Virus record (IMG/VR): IMGVR_UViG_3300000169_000002
Location: 29,837 to 93,836 of that record
DNA: 64,000 bases
DNA from: a virus
Lineage: Duplodnaviria > Caudoviricetes
Strand: one strand, 5' to 3'
Part shown: positions 18,996 through 28,591 of the stretch, in pieces
Layout of the letters: the number at the start of each line of letters is the position of its first letter
Position numbering within the stretch: position 1 is the first letter of the stretch
Program-made: the position numbers and the translations under genes
The notes under the pieces: model-generated
Seen by the model: the letters and a program-made list of their open reading frames with translations, nothing else
Database searches by the model: none
What the model was told of the DNA's origin: nothing

Positions 18996-20192
18996 ATGAC
19001 CAATGAAATGAATGAAGCTGCAAAGATTTTGACCGAATCTCTGAAGGAGAACGTTTCGAAAATCCAAGCGAAAAAAGATCAACCGTTCCAAATGAAAATG
19101 AAAGCAAGCGTCATTGGTGTCGGCGCTGGCGGCGGAAATATTGCTCATCTTATGACGAAATATGGATACGATACCGCCGCGTTCAATACTACTCAAGCCG
19201 ATATGGTCGACTTGGATGTGAAACACAAGGTTGTGATCAAGGGCGTGAACGGGTCTGGCAAAGACCGCGCATTCTCGGCAACTGAGTTCAAGCGGTCGTA
19301 CAAGGCGTTCTTTGATCATGACGGAATCAAGCAACTTATGAAAAATGATCTGATCTTCATTGTCGGCACCGGTGGTGGCGGTACGGGAACGATCATTTCT
19401 GTTATGACCGCCGCTTATCTCAAATCCGAGTACCCCAACAAGACAATCGTCATGATTGGGATTCTCGGGTCTATCAAGGAAGATCTTATTTCTCAGAAAA
19501 ATATGCGTGAATTCATGTCCGATCTTGAAAACAAGCTGGAAGTTCCTTACCTGCTGTTTGACAACAACCGAGTGAAGAACAAGATCGGAGATGACGTTTA
19601 TGATCAAGTGAATAACGAGATCGTAAATGCTATCCGCATTTTGTCTAAAGAATTCTTTGTTGAAAACTCCAGGAGCAATATTGACGGTCGCGACTTCGCT
19701 CGGCTTACTTCTTTCAGGGGATTGATGTCAGTTGTGGCTATTGACAATCTGAATATCAGTGTGTCTGAGGAGCGGGTTGATTTGGTCAGCCGTGTTCGAA
19801 ATGCCATCGAAAATTCGACCGTTATTACCACCGAAGCTCCTGATGCTTATGGATTCTTTATGAATACAGATCCAGAGGTTTACAGCCTCATTGATATGAC
19901 GTTTGATGATGTGCAAAATGAAATCGCCGGTATTCCAACAAGCGGTCTCGTATTCCGGCATCTTCAAAACCGGTCCGGAGAAGGCCCTGAATTTGCAATG
20001 ATCATGACCGGCATGTCGGCACCGATTGCTCGGTTCAAAATGATTGAGCGTCGGATTGCTGAATATGAAAATGTGAAAGGAAAAGAAAGAATCCCTGTGG
20101 TTGAACGCGAATCGGAAGGCCCGCTGAGACTTGCCGGGGATGGGAAATCCGATGGCACTGGAAAAGGTGTATCGGCATTTGATAACTTCTGA
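18996..20192 (+). CDS. Tubulin/FtsZ-family GTPase (PhuZ/TubZ-like)
   Basis: Motifs GVGAGGGN, GSGKD, GGGGTGT signature, FDNN and T7-loop NIDGRDF. Confidence 0.9.
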   Translation: MTNEMNEAAKILTESLKENVSKIQAKKDQPFQMKMKASVIGVGAGGGNIAHLMTKYGYDTAAFNTTQADMVDLDVKHKVVIKGVNGSGKDRAFSATEFKRSYKAFFDHDGIKQLMKNDLIFIVGTGGGGTGTIISVMTAAYLKSEYPNKTIVMIGILGSIKEDLISQKNMREFMSDLENKLEVPYLLFDNNRVKNKIGDDVYDQVNNEIVNAIRILSKEFFVENSRSNIDGRDFARLTSFRGLMSVVAIDNLNISVSEERVDLVSRVRNAIENSTVITTEAPDAYGFFMNTDPEVYSLIDMTFDDVQNEIAGIPTSGLVFRHLQNRSGEGPEFAMIMTGMSAPIARFKMIERRIAEYENVKGKERIPVVERESEGPLRLAGDGKSDGTGKGVSAFDNF

Positions 20193-20209
20193 AGAAAGGC
20201 AGGAACCTT

Positions 20210-21157
20210 ATGAAAATTGAAATCAAAAATTATTCGAACAGGGAAGTTGGGCCGGTCGGTGATAGACCGGCCCGTTCCAAGAAACTCGAAAAAATTTATG
20301 AAACTCCTAAAAGCTTTCTAAAAGAGCCCCTGGAGGTGATTGAAATTTCCGTTCAAGAAAATCTTGAAACTCTCTTCAAGCACTATACGGACTGGCGGAG
20401 AGGGAATGGAAAGCGCCCTGAATATATATTCAACATGATTCAGGATTTTGCGTTCGTGTCCATTCTTCCTAAAATCGTTAGAAAGAATTATGATTTCATT
20501 ATTAAACATGGGGAAGAATTTAGCGAGATCATTTCCACTGCCGTTTCTGAATTGACAAAACATCGGAGAAATCGGTATAAAGAAATGATTTCGATTTACT
20601 CTAGCATTTATGAAGAGCTTAACGAGCGTCGTATTAAAAAGATTATGTCTTTGGATTTGAAAGACATTAATTGGGACGACGCTTTGAAACTCTGTATCGT
20701 TTCCCATGGCTCTCCGAGTCATACTATGAACAATACTTTGAAAATGATGTACAGCATTTTGAAATTTAATGATTACGAAAGTGTTAGAAAGCTTCTGGTT
20801 AAGCTGTATGGAAAAAAAGACATGCCGAAAGTTGCTGTCTATATTCTTCTCGAAAAGCGACCAGACTTTACTAAATCGAGTTGGATAGATTCCGAGCTGT
20901 ATTCGGTTCTCACGAGTATAGCTTTGGATGAAATAAATAAGCTTGATAAGAAAGAGATCAAGAAATTGTTGAAACTCTATTGCCATGAACGGAGAAAATC
21001 CGAATTTGAACAGTATATCCGAAGGAGAATTAGTCTCTCTTCAATTAATAAAGAAGATTACAAGAAAATTCGTAAAGTTATGAAGAAACTTGCAAAGAAA
21101 AATGAAATGTATAGAAATTTCCTTGATATGAACAATGTGAAAAAGAAAAATAAATAA
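20210..21157 (+). CDS. Basic helical hypothetical protein co-transcribed with tubulin
   Basis: 315-aa ORF 17 bp after the tubulin stop; shared terminator at 21160-21182. Confidence 0.7.
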   Translation: MKIEIKNYSNREVGPVGDRPARSKKLEKIYETPKSFLKEPLEVIEISVQENLETLFKHYTDWRRGNGKRPEYIFNMIQDFAFVSILPKIVRKNYDFIIKHGEEFSEIISTAVSELTKHRRNRYKEMISIYSSIYEELNERRIKKIMSLDLKDINWDDALKLCIVSHGSPSHTMNNTLKMMYSILKFNDYESVRKLLVKLYGKKDMPKVAVYILLEKRPDFTKSSWIDSELYSVLTSIALDEINKLDKKEIKKLLKLYCHERRKSEFEQYIRRRISLSSINKEDYKKIRKVMKKLAKKNEMYRNFLDMNNVKKKNK

Positions 21158-21251
21158 CCATGGAGGGGCTCATCCCCTCCATTTTATTTTTTCTTTATTA
21201 TTTTTATATTAACAAAATAGAAAGAATTTAATGAGAAAGGATAAGTGAGAT

Positions 21252-21923
21252 ATGTTAAGATTGTACAATCAAACTCCTGTATCGAGTGAAGTAACAGGTT
21301 GGGGAGTTTTTGCCACTCCTTCCAAAGATAAATCAAAGAAAAATTATCATATTGCCCTCAGAGGAACCGATAAAGGAATCAGACTCCCTATTGACAGGTA
21401 TAAATATGAAGAACTTACTATTGTAGATTCTGGAATGGTATTCCCTGACATAAATAAATTTACAAAACTTTATTCTGTTTGTATTGGAGAAAATAAATAT
21501 ATCCCAGTTGTAACTCTTGCAGAAAATGAAGAAGAGGATAGAAATATTCTTATGTATAACTATGAGACTGGACCTGGAGAAGTTCTTACAGACGTACAGC
21601 TTTTCAATATGCAAGTAATCACTAGCTATATTACGAATAAAGATTTTAGGACAAGAATCACTATTGCCGCCATTGATATTAATAATAAAGAGGACTTTGG
21701 GATTCAAATCAAATACGGATTTAATAATGGAAGAATTCTCCAAGTTGAAAAAATAATGTTTACAAGTTATCATACGATTAAAGAAACTAGTAAAAAATAT
21801 GGCAATAATAAACAAGTTGAATATTTCTATATCGATACATCTCATGAGCACGCAACTGAACCTATTTCTAAAAAGAATATTGAGGTTCCAAGAATTGATC
21901 TGTCTGAAATTTGCATTAATTAA
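21252..21923 (+). CDS. Hypothetical protein
   Basis: 223-aa ORF with terminator hairpin at 21932-21965. Confidence 0.7.
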   Translation: MLRLYNQTPVSSEVTGWGVFATPSKDKSKKNYHIALRGTDKGIRLPIDRYKYEELTIVDSGMVFPDINKFTKLYSVCIGENKYIPVVTLAENEEEDRNILMYNYETGPGEVLTDVQLFNMQVITSYITNKDFRTRITIAAIDINNKEDFGIQIKYGFNNGRILQVEKIMFTSYHTIKETSKKYGNNKQVEYFYIDTSHEHATEPISKKNIEVPRIDLSEICIN

Positions 21924-22001
21924 TAGATCAGATAAGAGATAGGAAGAAAGCTTCCTATCTCTTATTTATTATTTATTTTTTAACACAAATATACAATATG
22001 A

Positions 22002-23369
22002 ATGAGAGGAATGATAAATTTGGGTCTCCTCGAAATGATCCAAAAACAGCGTAAGGCTGAGAAAAAATTTGACGATATTGTAATTAATGAAATTAGCTAT
22101 CCTACAGGTTTGCTTCCTCTTGATTACGCAAATGGTGTAAGAATAACATCTTATGATGAAAATGATAGACCGATTGCAAAATTTGATTCTATCGGTATTG
22201 TTGGTGGGACATTTGTTACGACTATCGGGATTTCCGGAACAGGTAAAACAGCACTTGCTATTGATATTGCAGTTTGTGGTATTCACAAATTTGGAGAAAT
22301 GTCTGCCGTAGATCATTTCGATCTTGAGCTGGCATCCACTATGCAAAGACCTCTTACGATCACCAGAATAAAACCATCTCTTTTGAAGAAAACTTATGCA
22401 ATTTATCGTGATCGTGCCGCAGAGGATGTTGTAGATATCTTCAAAACACACTGTCAATTGAAGCTCGATAATAGAAAACTTTTCACATATAAAACAGGCA
22501 TTCGCAATATGTTTGGCGAAGAAATTGAAGAGCTTTATCCGTCATTTTCTTTGATCGATTCGTTTGCAATGTTCAAATCTGGAGAACTTGATTTGGGCAA
22601 AAAGAAAGTTGAGGATATTACGAATAATATGCAAGCGGCAACTTCCGCAAAGTTTAATAAAGCTATTCTCTCTCAAATGCTTGCATATGGAAAGAAAGCA
22701 AATGTTGGCATTATTGCCGTTAACCATATTAACCAAGACGTAAACACAGGCTTCTTACCAAAGCCGAGTCAACATATGTATTTATCCCAAGGAGAAACGA
22801 TGCCTGGCGGCACAGCATCTTTGTACCTTGCGAATAACATCATCAAATTGAAACTGATTAAGAAGTACAATATCGACAAACCGGATACCATGGAATATGG
22901 AATTCCTGGTTTCTTGGTTGAAGCGAAATTTATCAAATCTCGTACAAATGCATCGAACGTGCCAGTTGAACTGGTATTTGACCATCGCAGAGGCGGATTT
23001 TCCAAAATCTTGACTCTGTTTAATTATGCTGTGAAGAATGAACTTCTTCTCGGGAATAACAGGGGATACTATCTGCCTGGTCTTGAAAGTGTTAAATTCA
23101 CGAAGAAAACGTTTAAAGACGTTGTTATAAAATCTCCTGAAGTTCTTGAAGCTTTGTATGAAGCTTGCAAACCTCATCTTGAAACTATGCTTTCTACCGA
23201 TATTGGAAGATTGAGTTCGTCCGAATCTGAAACCCAAAAAATTGATGCAATGTATCTGGCCCTTGAAGAGCATGAAAAAGATATTGAATTCTATAGGGAT
23301 CAAGGTTGGACAGATTTCATTAACGGTAAAACAGATTTTAATCGTAAAAAATTCTGGTACAAAAAATGA
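22002..23369 (+). CDS. recA: RecA/UvsX-like recombinase
   Basis: Motifs PTG..PLD, GISGTGKT, LIDS, AVNHI and PGGTASLYLA; the start may be 22011 or 22020. Confidence 0.85.
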   Translation: MRGMINLGLLEMIQKQRKAEKKFDDIVINEISYPTGLLPLDYANGVRITSYDENDRPIAKFDSIGIVGGTFVTTIGISGTGKTALAIDIAVCGIHKFGEMSAVDHFDLELASTMQRPLTITRIKPSLLKKTYAIYRDRAAEDVVDIFKTHCQLKLDNRKLFTYKTGIRNMFGEEIEELYPSFSLIDSFAMFKSGELDLGKKKVEDITNNMQAATSAKFNKAILSQMLAYGKKANVGIIAVNHINQDVNTGFLPKPSQHMYLSQGETMPGGTASLYLANNIIKLKLIKKYNIDKPDTMEYGIPGFLVEAKFIKSRTNASNVPVELVFDHRRGGFSKILTLFNYAVKNELLLGNNRGYYLPGLESVKFTKKTFKDVVIKSPEVLEALYEACKPHLETMLSTDIGRLSSSESETQKIDAMYLALEEHEKDIEFYRDQGWTDFINGKTDFNRKKFWYKK

Positions 23370-23448
23370 TTTTACATCCTAAAATATATATTATTATCGT
23401 GGATAGGATTCGAGTTCCTATCCACGATAATGTATTTAGGGTGATAAA

Positions 23449-23808
23449 ATGTCTAAATTAAAGATTGATCAAATTGTAGAAGATTGTATACTTTTAAGCA
23501 CAAGCTTACCACAGATATCTGTGGCCGAGTGTATTGAATTGACAAAGATTGTTCATTCTCATAATTGTAGAGTATGCGATTACCCGGAATATCAAAGTAA
23601 ATTCATTCAACATCCTGAAGAAATTATTTTACATTTAAAATCAATTATCGTTAATAACGATTTTGAAGCAGTTATTTTTAATAAACGTGTAGCCGATAGG
23701 ACTTATAAAATAATTATTAAATTTATTCAATTAGATTCAAAAAATATGGCACAAATTTTGATATATAAAAGCGAACCTGACAGGAGGATTCCCGATGCTT
23801 CAACCTGA
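23449..23808 (+). CDS. Hypothetical protein
   Basis: Early promoter and AGGGTG RBS; overlaps the start of the RNAP gene. Confidence 0.6.
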   Translation: MSKLKIDQIVEDCILLSTSLPQISVAECIELTKIVHSHNCRVCDYPEYQSKFIQHPEEIILHLKSIIVNNDFEAVIFNKRVADRTYKIIIKFIQLDSKNMAQILIYKSEPDRRIPDAST

Positions 23809-25879
23809 GCAAATGGAAGAACTTGACCGAATTGCAAGTGAACTGAAAAACATTGACCATGCATATGGGAGCGGGTTATTCATCCCGTTGGGTAACAAAG
23901 TAAACTCTTCCCGTGCAGCTTTGGTTTATCAACAAATTGGCCAGTCTAAAAATTTGGAAAAGCCTGAAATTCCAAGAATCGTGACCGGCTATGAAAAAGC
24001 CTTTGGTGATAGATCCACGTCTTATCTCAAAGCTGATAGAAGATATGAAGTCGTCGAAAAGATTAGAAAATTCGATAATGATTATGTATATGCATTGGTA
24101 GTTAAAGAAGTAGGAAGAAACTATTATGACATTATTTTCAGAAATGAAGTTGAATCCTTCGCAGAATCTGCTGGTGTGCGAATGGATAATGAAAATATTG
24201 ATTCTAAGAAAGTTGGAGATATTATTGAGGAAGGAGAAATTCTCTATAAGTCCCGCTCCTATGATGAAAATATGAACTATCGCCTTGGTATCAATGCAAA
24301 AACCTTGTATCTCGTTGATCCGGCGATTGTTGAGGATGCATTTAGAATTTCTGATACACTTGCAAAAAGGTTGAAAACTACTGAAGTGAATACGTTCAAG
24401 ATCCCTAAAAATACTAACGATATTCTGCTTAACTTGTATGGGGATAATGAAGAATATAAAGCATTTCCGGATATCGGCGAAAAGGTAAAGAATAAAGTTC
24501 TGTGTGGGCGACGCAGAATTGACTATAACAATGCTCAATATATGCTGAAGAGCAAAAATCTTAGAAAAGAAATGTTTGGAGATACACTTTATTATACTGA
24601 AGGAACTGTCATCGATATTGACATCTTTTCGAACATCCCTATCGAAGAAGTTCCGAATGATAAAGTTAACAAACAAATTCTCAAGTATATGAAAATGATT
24701 AATAGATATTGGCAAGAGCTTAAGAGGGTATTGGGTCGAATCGTTGAAAATCCTGAAAACGAATATTCCGATCAGATCGGAATTACCTATGCCAGGGCTA
24801 AAGACGTGATGAGTATTGGTAAATATGTAAAATGGGATGACGACGGCTCGATTTTCGATAGCATGATTATCTATATTACTGTGGTGAATACAAAAAATGC
24901 TGTTATTGGAACGAAACTTGTGGGTCGCCATGGTAATAAAGGTGTCGTTTCAGAAATTGTTCCTGAAAAATATATGCCAAAGAGCGAAGATGGTGAACAT
25001 GCTGAAATTATTTTCAGTGCGCTCAGTGTAATTGGGCGACTTAATCCGTCTCAGCTTTATGAATTGGAATTGAACTGGATTGTTGATGAAATTCTATCTG
25101 GCGACGTTTCAAATAAAAAGAAATTTGAGGCTTTGTTGGATTTCCTCTCTATCTGTAATCCGGATCAGGAGAAACAAGTTAGAGAATTTTATGAATCTCT
25201 CAATAAAGAAGAGAAAGAAGAATTTCTTTCTCAAATAACTAAAGAATTCGTAGTATTTCAACCTCCGAGCATGTCTATTAGTTTTAAAAATTATGGTGAA
25301 CTGATCGAGAAATTCAAACCGAAAAAGAAGAAGTTCACCATTATGGACGAATCTGGTAAAGTGTTTAATATCCAAAGAAAACTTATTATGTCTGATACGT
25401 ATATTTATAGATTGAAACATGAACCGATTACAAAATTCTCGGTCAGATCTAAAGGTACGATCAATCCTAGAACTTTCCTTCCGATTAAATCTCATGCATA
25501 TAGCAGAGGGACTGCACTGTTTAACAATCAGGCAATACGGATTGGAAATATGGAAATGGATATTCTCAATTTGTGTAATGACCCTGCGGCTATTAACTAT
25601 TTCACGCGACTGTATTGCACATCTGTGATTGGGCGTCGCGAATTTGCACAGTTGTTGTATACAAACTTGTTTTCTGAAGATCTTGAAATTGAAATGGAGA
25701 ATCCAAAGTCCAGGGTTGTTGACCTGTTCAATGCTACATTTATGGTATGTGGTATGGCTTTGGAATTTGAATATGGAAAAACTAAGGATGTTGAGGAATT
25801 CTTCCTTGAAGAACTGAAACAGATGGACAAGAAAACAATCAAAGTAGTATTTGGTGGATGGGATAAATTAAGAGTATAA
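23795..25879 (+). CDS. RNA polymerase beta subunit, C-terminal half (probably non-virion RNAP)
   Basis: Motifs VEDAFRIS, GTKLVGRHGNKGVVS, SVIGRLN, YIYRLKH and IRIGNME; in an early operon. Confidence 0.9.
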   Translation: MLQPEQMEELDRIASELKNIDHAYGSGLFIPLGNKVNSSRAALVYQQIGQSKNLEKPEIPRIVTGYEKAFGDRSTSYLKADRRYEVVEKIRKFDNDYVYALVVKEVGRNYYDIIFRNEVESFAESAGVRMDNENIDSKKVGDIIEEGEILYKSRSYDENMNYRLGINAKTLYLVDPAIVEDAFRISDTLAKRLKTTEVNTFKIPKNTNDILLNLYGDNEEYKAFPDIGEKVKNKVLCGRRRIDYNNAQYMLKSKNLRKEMFGDTLYYTEGTVIDIDIFSNIPIEEVPNDKVNKQILKYMKMINRYWQELKRVLGRIVENPENEYSDQIGITYARAKDVMSIGKYVKWDDDGSIFDSMIIYITVVNTKNAVIGTKLVGRHGNKGVVSEIVPEKYMPKSEDGEHAEIIFSALSVIGRLNPSQLYELELNWIVDEILSGDVSNKKKFEALLDFLSICNPDQEKQVREFYESLNKEEKEEFLSQITKEFVVFQPPSMSISFKNYGELIEKFKPKKKKFTIMDESGKVFNIQRKLIMSDTYIYRLKHEPITKFSVRSKGTINPRTFLPIKSHAYSRGTALFNNQAIRIGNMEMDILNLCNDPAAINYFTRLYCTSVIGRREFAQLLYTNLFSEDLEIEMENPKSRVVDLFNATFMVCGMALEFEYGKTKDVEEFFLEELKQMDKKTIKVVFGGWDKLRV

Positions 25880-25938
25880 ATAAATACCGGAATATATTTC
25901 GGGGAGTAGTATCTTCGCTAAAACATTGATTGATTAAA

Positions 25939-25969
25939 AGTGTGCAGCCATTTCAAGTGGCTGCACACT
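25939..25969 (+). terminator. Terminator-like hairpin
   Basis: Stem AGTGTGCAGCCA/TGGCTGCACACT. Confidence 0.75.
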
Positions 25970-26042
25970 CAAATTCTTATTATTTTTTACAAAATATATA
26001 TTATTAATATAGTGATAAAAGATAAGGAGGACTAAGCAGTTA

Positions 26043-28241
26043 ATGTCTAAACTTTTAAAGAAGTCCAATAAACTTCTACGAAAAATCGAAGATGGAAAAT
26101 ATGTCTCAGCAGTTATTGGATTACAAGATCCAGATATTATTATGGATCTTCATGAAATAACTTTTAAGCCGGATAAATCTGTTACAAAAGAAGAGCTTGA
26201 GGCTGTTGAAAATATTCTTAAAGTAAGTAAAGCACTCTACGAACTTAATCAATATATGAGTGGATTTGTGTACAAACTTATGCCCGATGAAATGTATGAC
26301 AGGCTTATTGAGAAATATAAAAATATCACGGGCGGGAAAGAACCATTTCAATCTTTCATTCCATCTGGGATGAGAAGTGTGGAACAGGATTTTCCTGAAC
26401 TGTCTGGTACTTTGGATAAAGTTTATGAGATTTATGATACTACAAATAAACCTTCTTTGGAGAAGTGGCTCAGGAAAATAATGAAAGAACTTAATGTTAA
26501 AAAACTGAAGCTTCTTGTAACTCCGAAGTTTGATGGAACTTCCGTAACTGTAACTTATGACAAAAGTGAAAGTAAAAGCCATATTGTATATCCAGTAAAA
26601 GCATTGACTCGTGGAGATTTCGAAAGAAATCTTGGAGTTGATCTGTCTAACATTCTCAAAGGTGTGGATTCTGTTTATGTAACAAGTACCGATTTCTATA
26701 ACACTATTCCCAGAAGATTTGGGGTCCAGTATGAAGCAATGATTACTGAATATGGAAGGAAAAGACTTTCTGAGGTCGTAGGAATTAATTATTCTACAAG
26801 AAGGGCGGCAATTGCTTCAGCTCTTAAAAGATTGACAAATCCAAAAACAACTGTTGAGGAGGCAAAGGAAATCAATAAGTGTATAACCCTTGTCCCTCTT
26901 ATGGTTGACAATTATTTTATGCAGACATTCAGAAGAAAGATGAGTTTACACGATCTTATGATCGCAGTAAACTTTAATTTCTATATATGTGATGCTGAAA
27001 ACACACTTAGCTTTGAAATAAAGTCTATCCATGGAGATATTGATTATCTGCTTTCTAAATTTAAAGAAATAGTTGAGGACTATGTAAACAGAAGAAACAG
27101 TATGAACTATAGTATTGATGGATTGGTTCTGACTATTGACGATTATAATCATATAGCGAAACTTGGAAGATCCAGTAACAAGAATAAGTGGCAAATTGCA
27201 TATAAATTCGATGCCTTGACACAAAGAACGAGAATTACTGGAATCATTCCAACAATGGGAAAACAAGGTTTCATTGGAGCCAATATCACATTCGAACCAA
27301 TTGAATTTAATGGTGTTCGGTACGAGAAAGCTCCAGTGAATAATATTACAAGATTTCGTGAACTTGATCCTCATATTGGGGATGAAGTGATTGTATCCTA
27401 TAACGCTGATGTTATGGGGTATATTTATAAAGATGAAACATGTACGCCTAGTAAAAATGGGGAACCTCTTGAACTTCCAACCCATTGTATAAAATGTGGC
27501 GAACCACTAACTGTGGCTAAGGATATGTTGAAATGTGTGAATGATGACTGTCCTGGCCATAAAGTGGGAAAAATTCTTGAGACCATCCGTATATTTGACC
27601 TGGACTTTTTCGGCGAAGAAACTGCAAATGACCTCGTCGATAAAGCTGGAATCTCAGATACAATTGAGTTCATACAAATGAAATATGAAGACTTGGCTAA
27701 AGTCCTCAAAGGTCTTAATTTGGAAAAAGCCTGGGAAGAGTTTCAAAATAAAATTAAAGCCCCGATTGAATATCCCAAAGTAATTGACCTTTTGAGGATT
27801 CCAAGTCTTAGAACAAAAACTGCTGAAAAGATCCTTGAAGATATTCCTATAAACCAGCTCGAAGAATGGATGAAAACTGGTAATGTCAAAGAGTTATATT
27901 CCGCTCTGAAAAAAGTCAAAGGAATTGACAAAAAGGCAGATGAGTTTGCGATTGCATTGGTAAATGCATATGAGGAATTTTCACAACTCAAGAAACTTCT
28001 TAACTGTGTAGACTCTAGTGGTAAGGAATACAATAAAGTTATTTTGGTATCAGGTTTTAGAAGCAATTCCGAATTTGACTCTATCTGCAAAAAGTTAAAT
28101 TTTAAAGTAATTGAAACAGGTAGTAAATATGATTTATTGGTAGTAACTCCTGAGAGGCTCGATGGGAAGAAAGCATTACAGGCAAGAAAGAAAGGCATTC
28201 CTATAATGCTTCTTTCAGAGTTCATCAGGACATATTCTTAA
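26043..28241 (+). CDS. ligA: NAD-dependent DNA ligase
   Basis: Motifs KFDG, ALTRGD, IDGLV and IAYKF; C4 zinc finger; C-terminal BRCT-like region. Confidence 0.9.
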   Translation: MSKLLKKSNKLLRKIEDGKYVSAVIGLQDPDIIMDLHEITFKPDKSVTKEELEAVENILKVSKALYELNQYMSGFVYKLMPDEMYDRLIEKYKNITGGKEPFQSFIPSGMRSVEQDFPELSGTLDKVYEIYDTTNKPSLEKWLRKIMKELNVKKLKLLVTPKFDGTSVTVTYDKSESKSHIVYPVKALTRGDFERNLGVDLSNILKGVDSVYVTSTDFYNTIPRRFGVQYEAMITEYGRKRLSEVVGINYSTRRAAIASALKRLTNPKTTVEEAKEINKCITLVPLMVDNYFMQTFRRKMSLHDLMIAVNFNFYICDAENTLSFEIKSIHGDIDYLLSKFKEIVEDYVNRRNSMNYSIDGLVLTIDDYNHIAKLGRSSNKNKWQIAYKFDALTQRTRITGIIPTMGKQGFIGANITFEPIEFNGVRYEKAPVNNITRFRELDPHIGDEVIVSYNADVMGYIYKDETCTPSKNGEPLELPTHCIKCGEPLTVAKDMLKCVNDDCPGHKVGKILETIRIFDLDFFGEETANDLVDKAGISDTIEFIQMKYEDLAKVLKGLNLEKAWEEFQNKIKAPIEYPKVIDLLRIPSLRTKTAEKILEDIPINQLEEWMKTGNVKELYSALKKVKGIDKKADEFAIALVNAYEEFSQLKKLLNCVDSSGKEYNKVILVSGFRSNSEFDSICKKLNFKVIETGSKYDLLVVTPERLDGKKALQARKKGIPIMLLSEFIRTYS

Positions 28242-28257
28242 TTTAAAACAATATATT

Positions 28258-28555
28258 AGGATGCGGAAAAGTGTGATGAGTCATATTAAGCAAGGTTAAG
28301 GGGAACCGTCGAATCCGGCATTTGGTTCTTTTGAAAAACTGAGACTTCGAATTATCCCGCCTAATACGATAGGGATGATTATAGCAATCTTGCCTCGGAT
28401 TTTTCCGTCTGGGTTAATTAGCTGTGGGCTATTAACTGTCGCGGGAAGAGAAGAGAAACTTGCTGAAGTTCTCAGAAAAGAGCGGCAATGCTGGTAGATG
28501 GTAAATTGTTTGGTGGGGGTAAGTTAATAGACTCATTATCACACTCCGCTATCCT
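28258..28555 (+). ncRNA. Putative ~300-nt structured non-coding RNA of unknown class
   Basis: Late promoter at 28247-28258; 5' and 3' ends pair; more than 10 nested helices with G·U wobbles only in + orientation; 3' hairpin at 28565-28591; no credible ORF. Confidence 0.75.
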
Positions 28556-28564
28556 TAATATAGA

Positions 28565-28591
28565 GGCCAGGAGTCTTATAGACTCCTGGCC
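28565..28591 (+). terminator. Hairpin closing the ncRNA unit
   Basis: GGCCAGGAGTC-TTATA-GACTCCTGGCC; weak U-tract. Confidence 0.65.

Noticed and set aside
28258-28555. tmRNA, RNase P, SRP, tRNA or group I intron identity for the structured RNA
   Set aside because: No tRNA-like acceptor or T-arm with CCA, no GAGGAAAGUC core, no SRP domain IV motif, and it does not interrupt a gene
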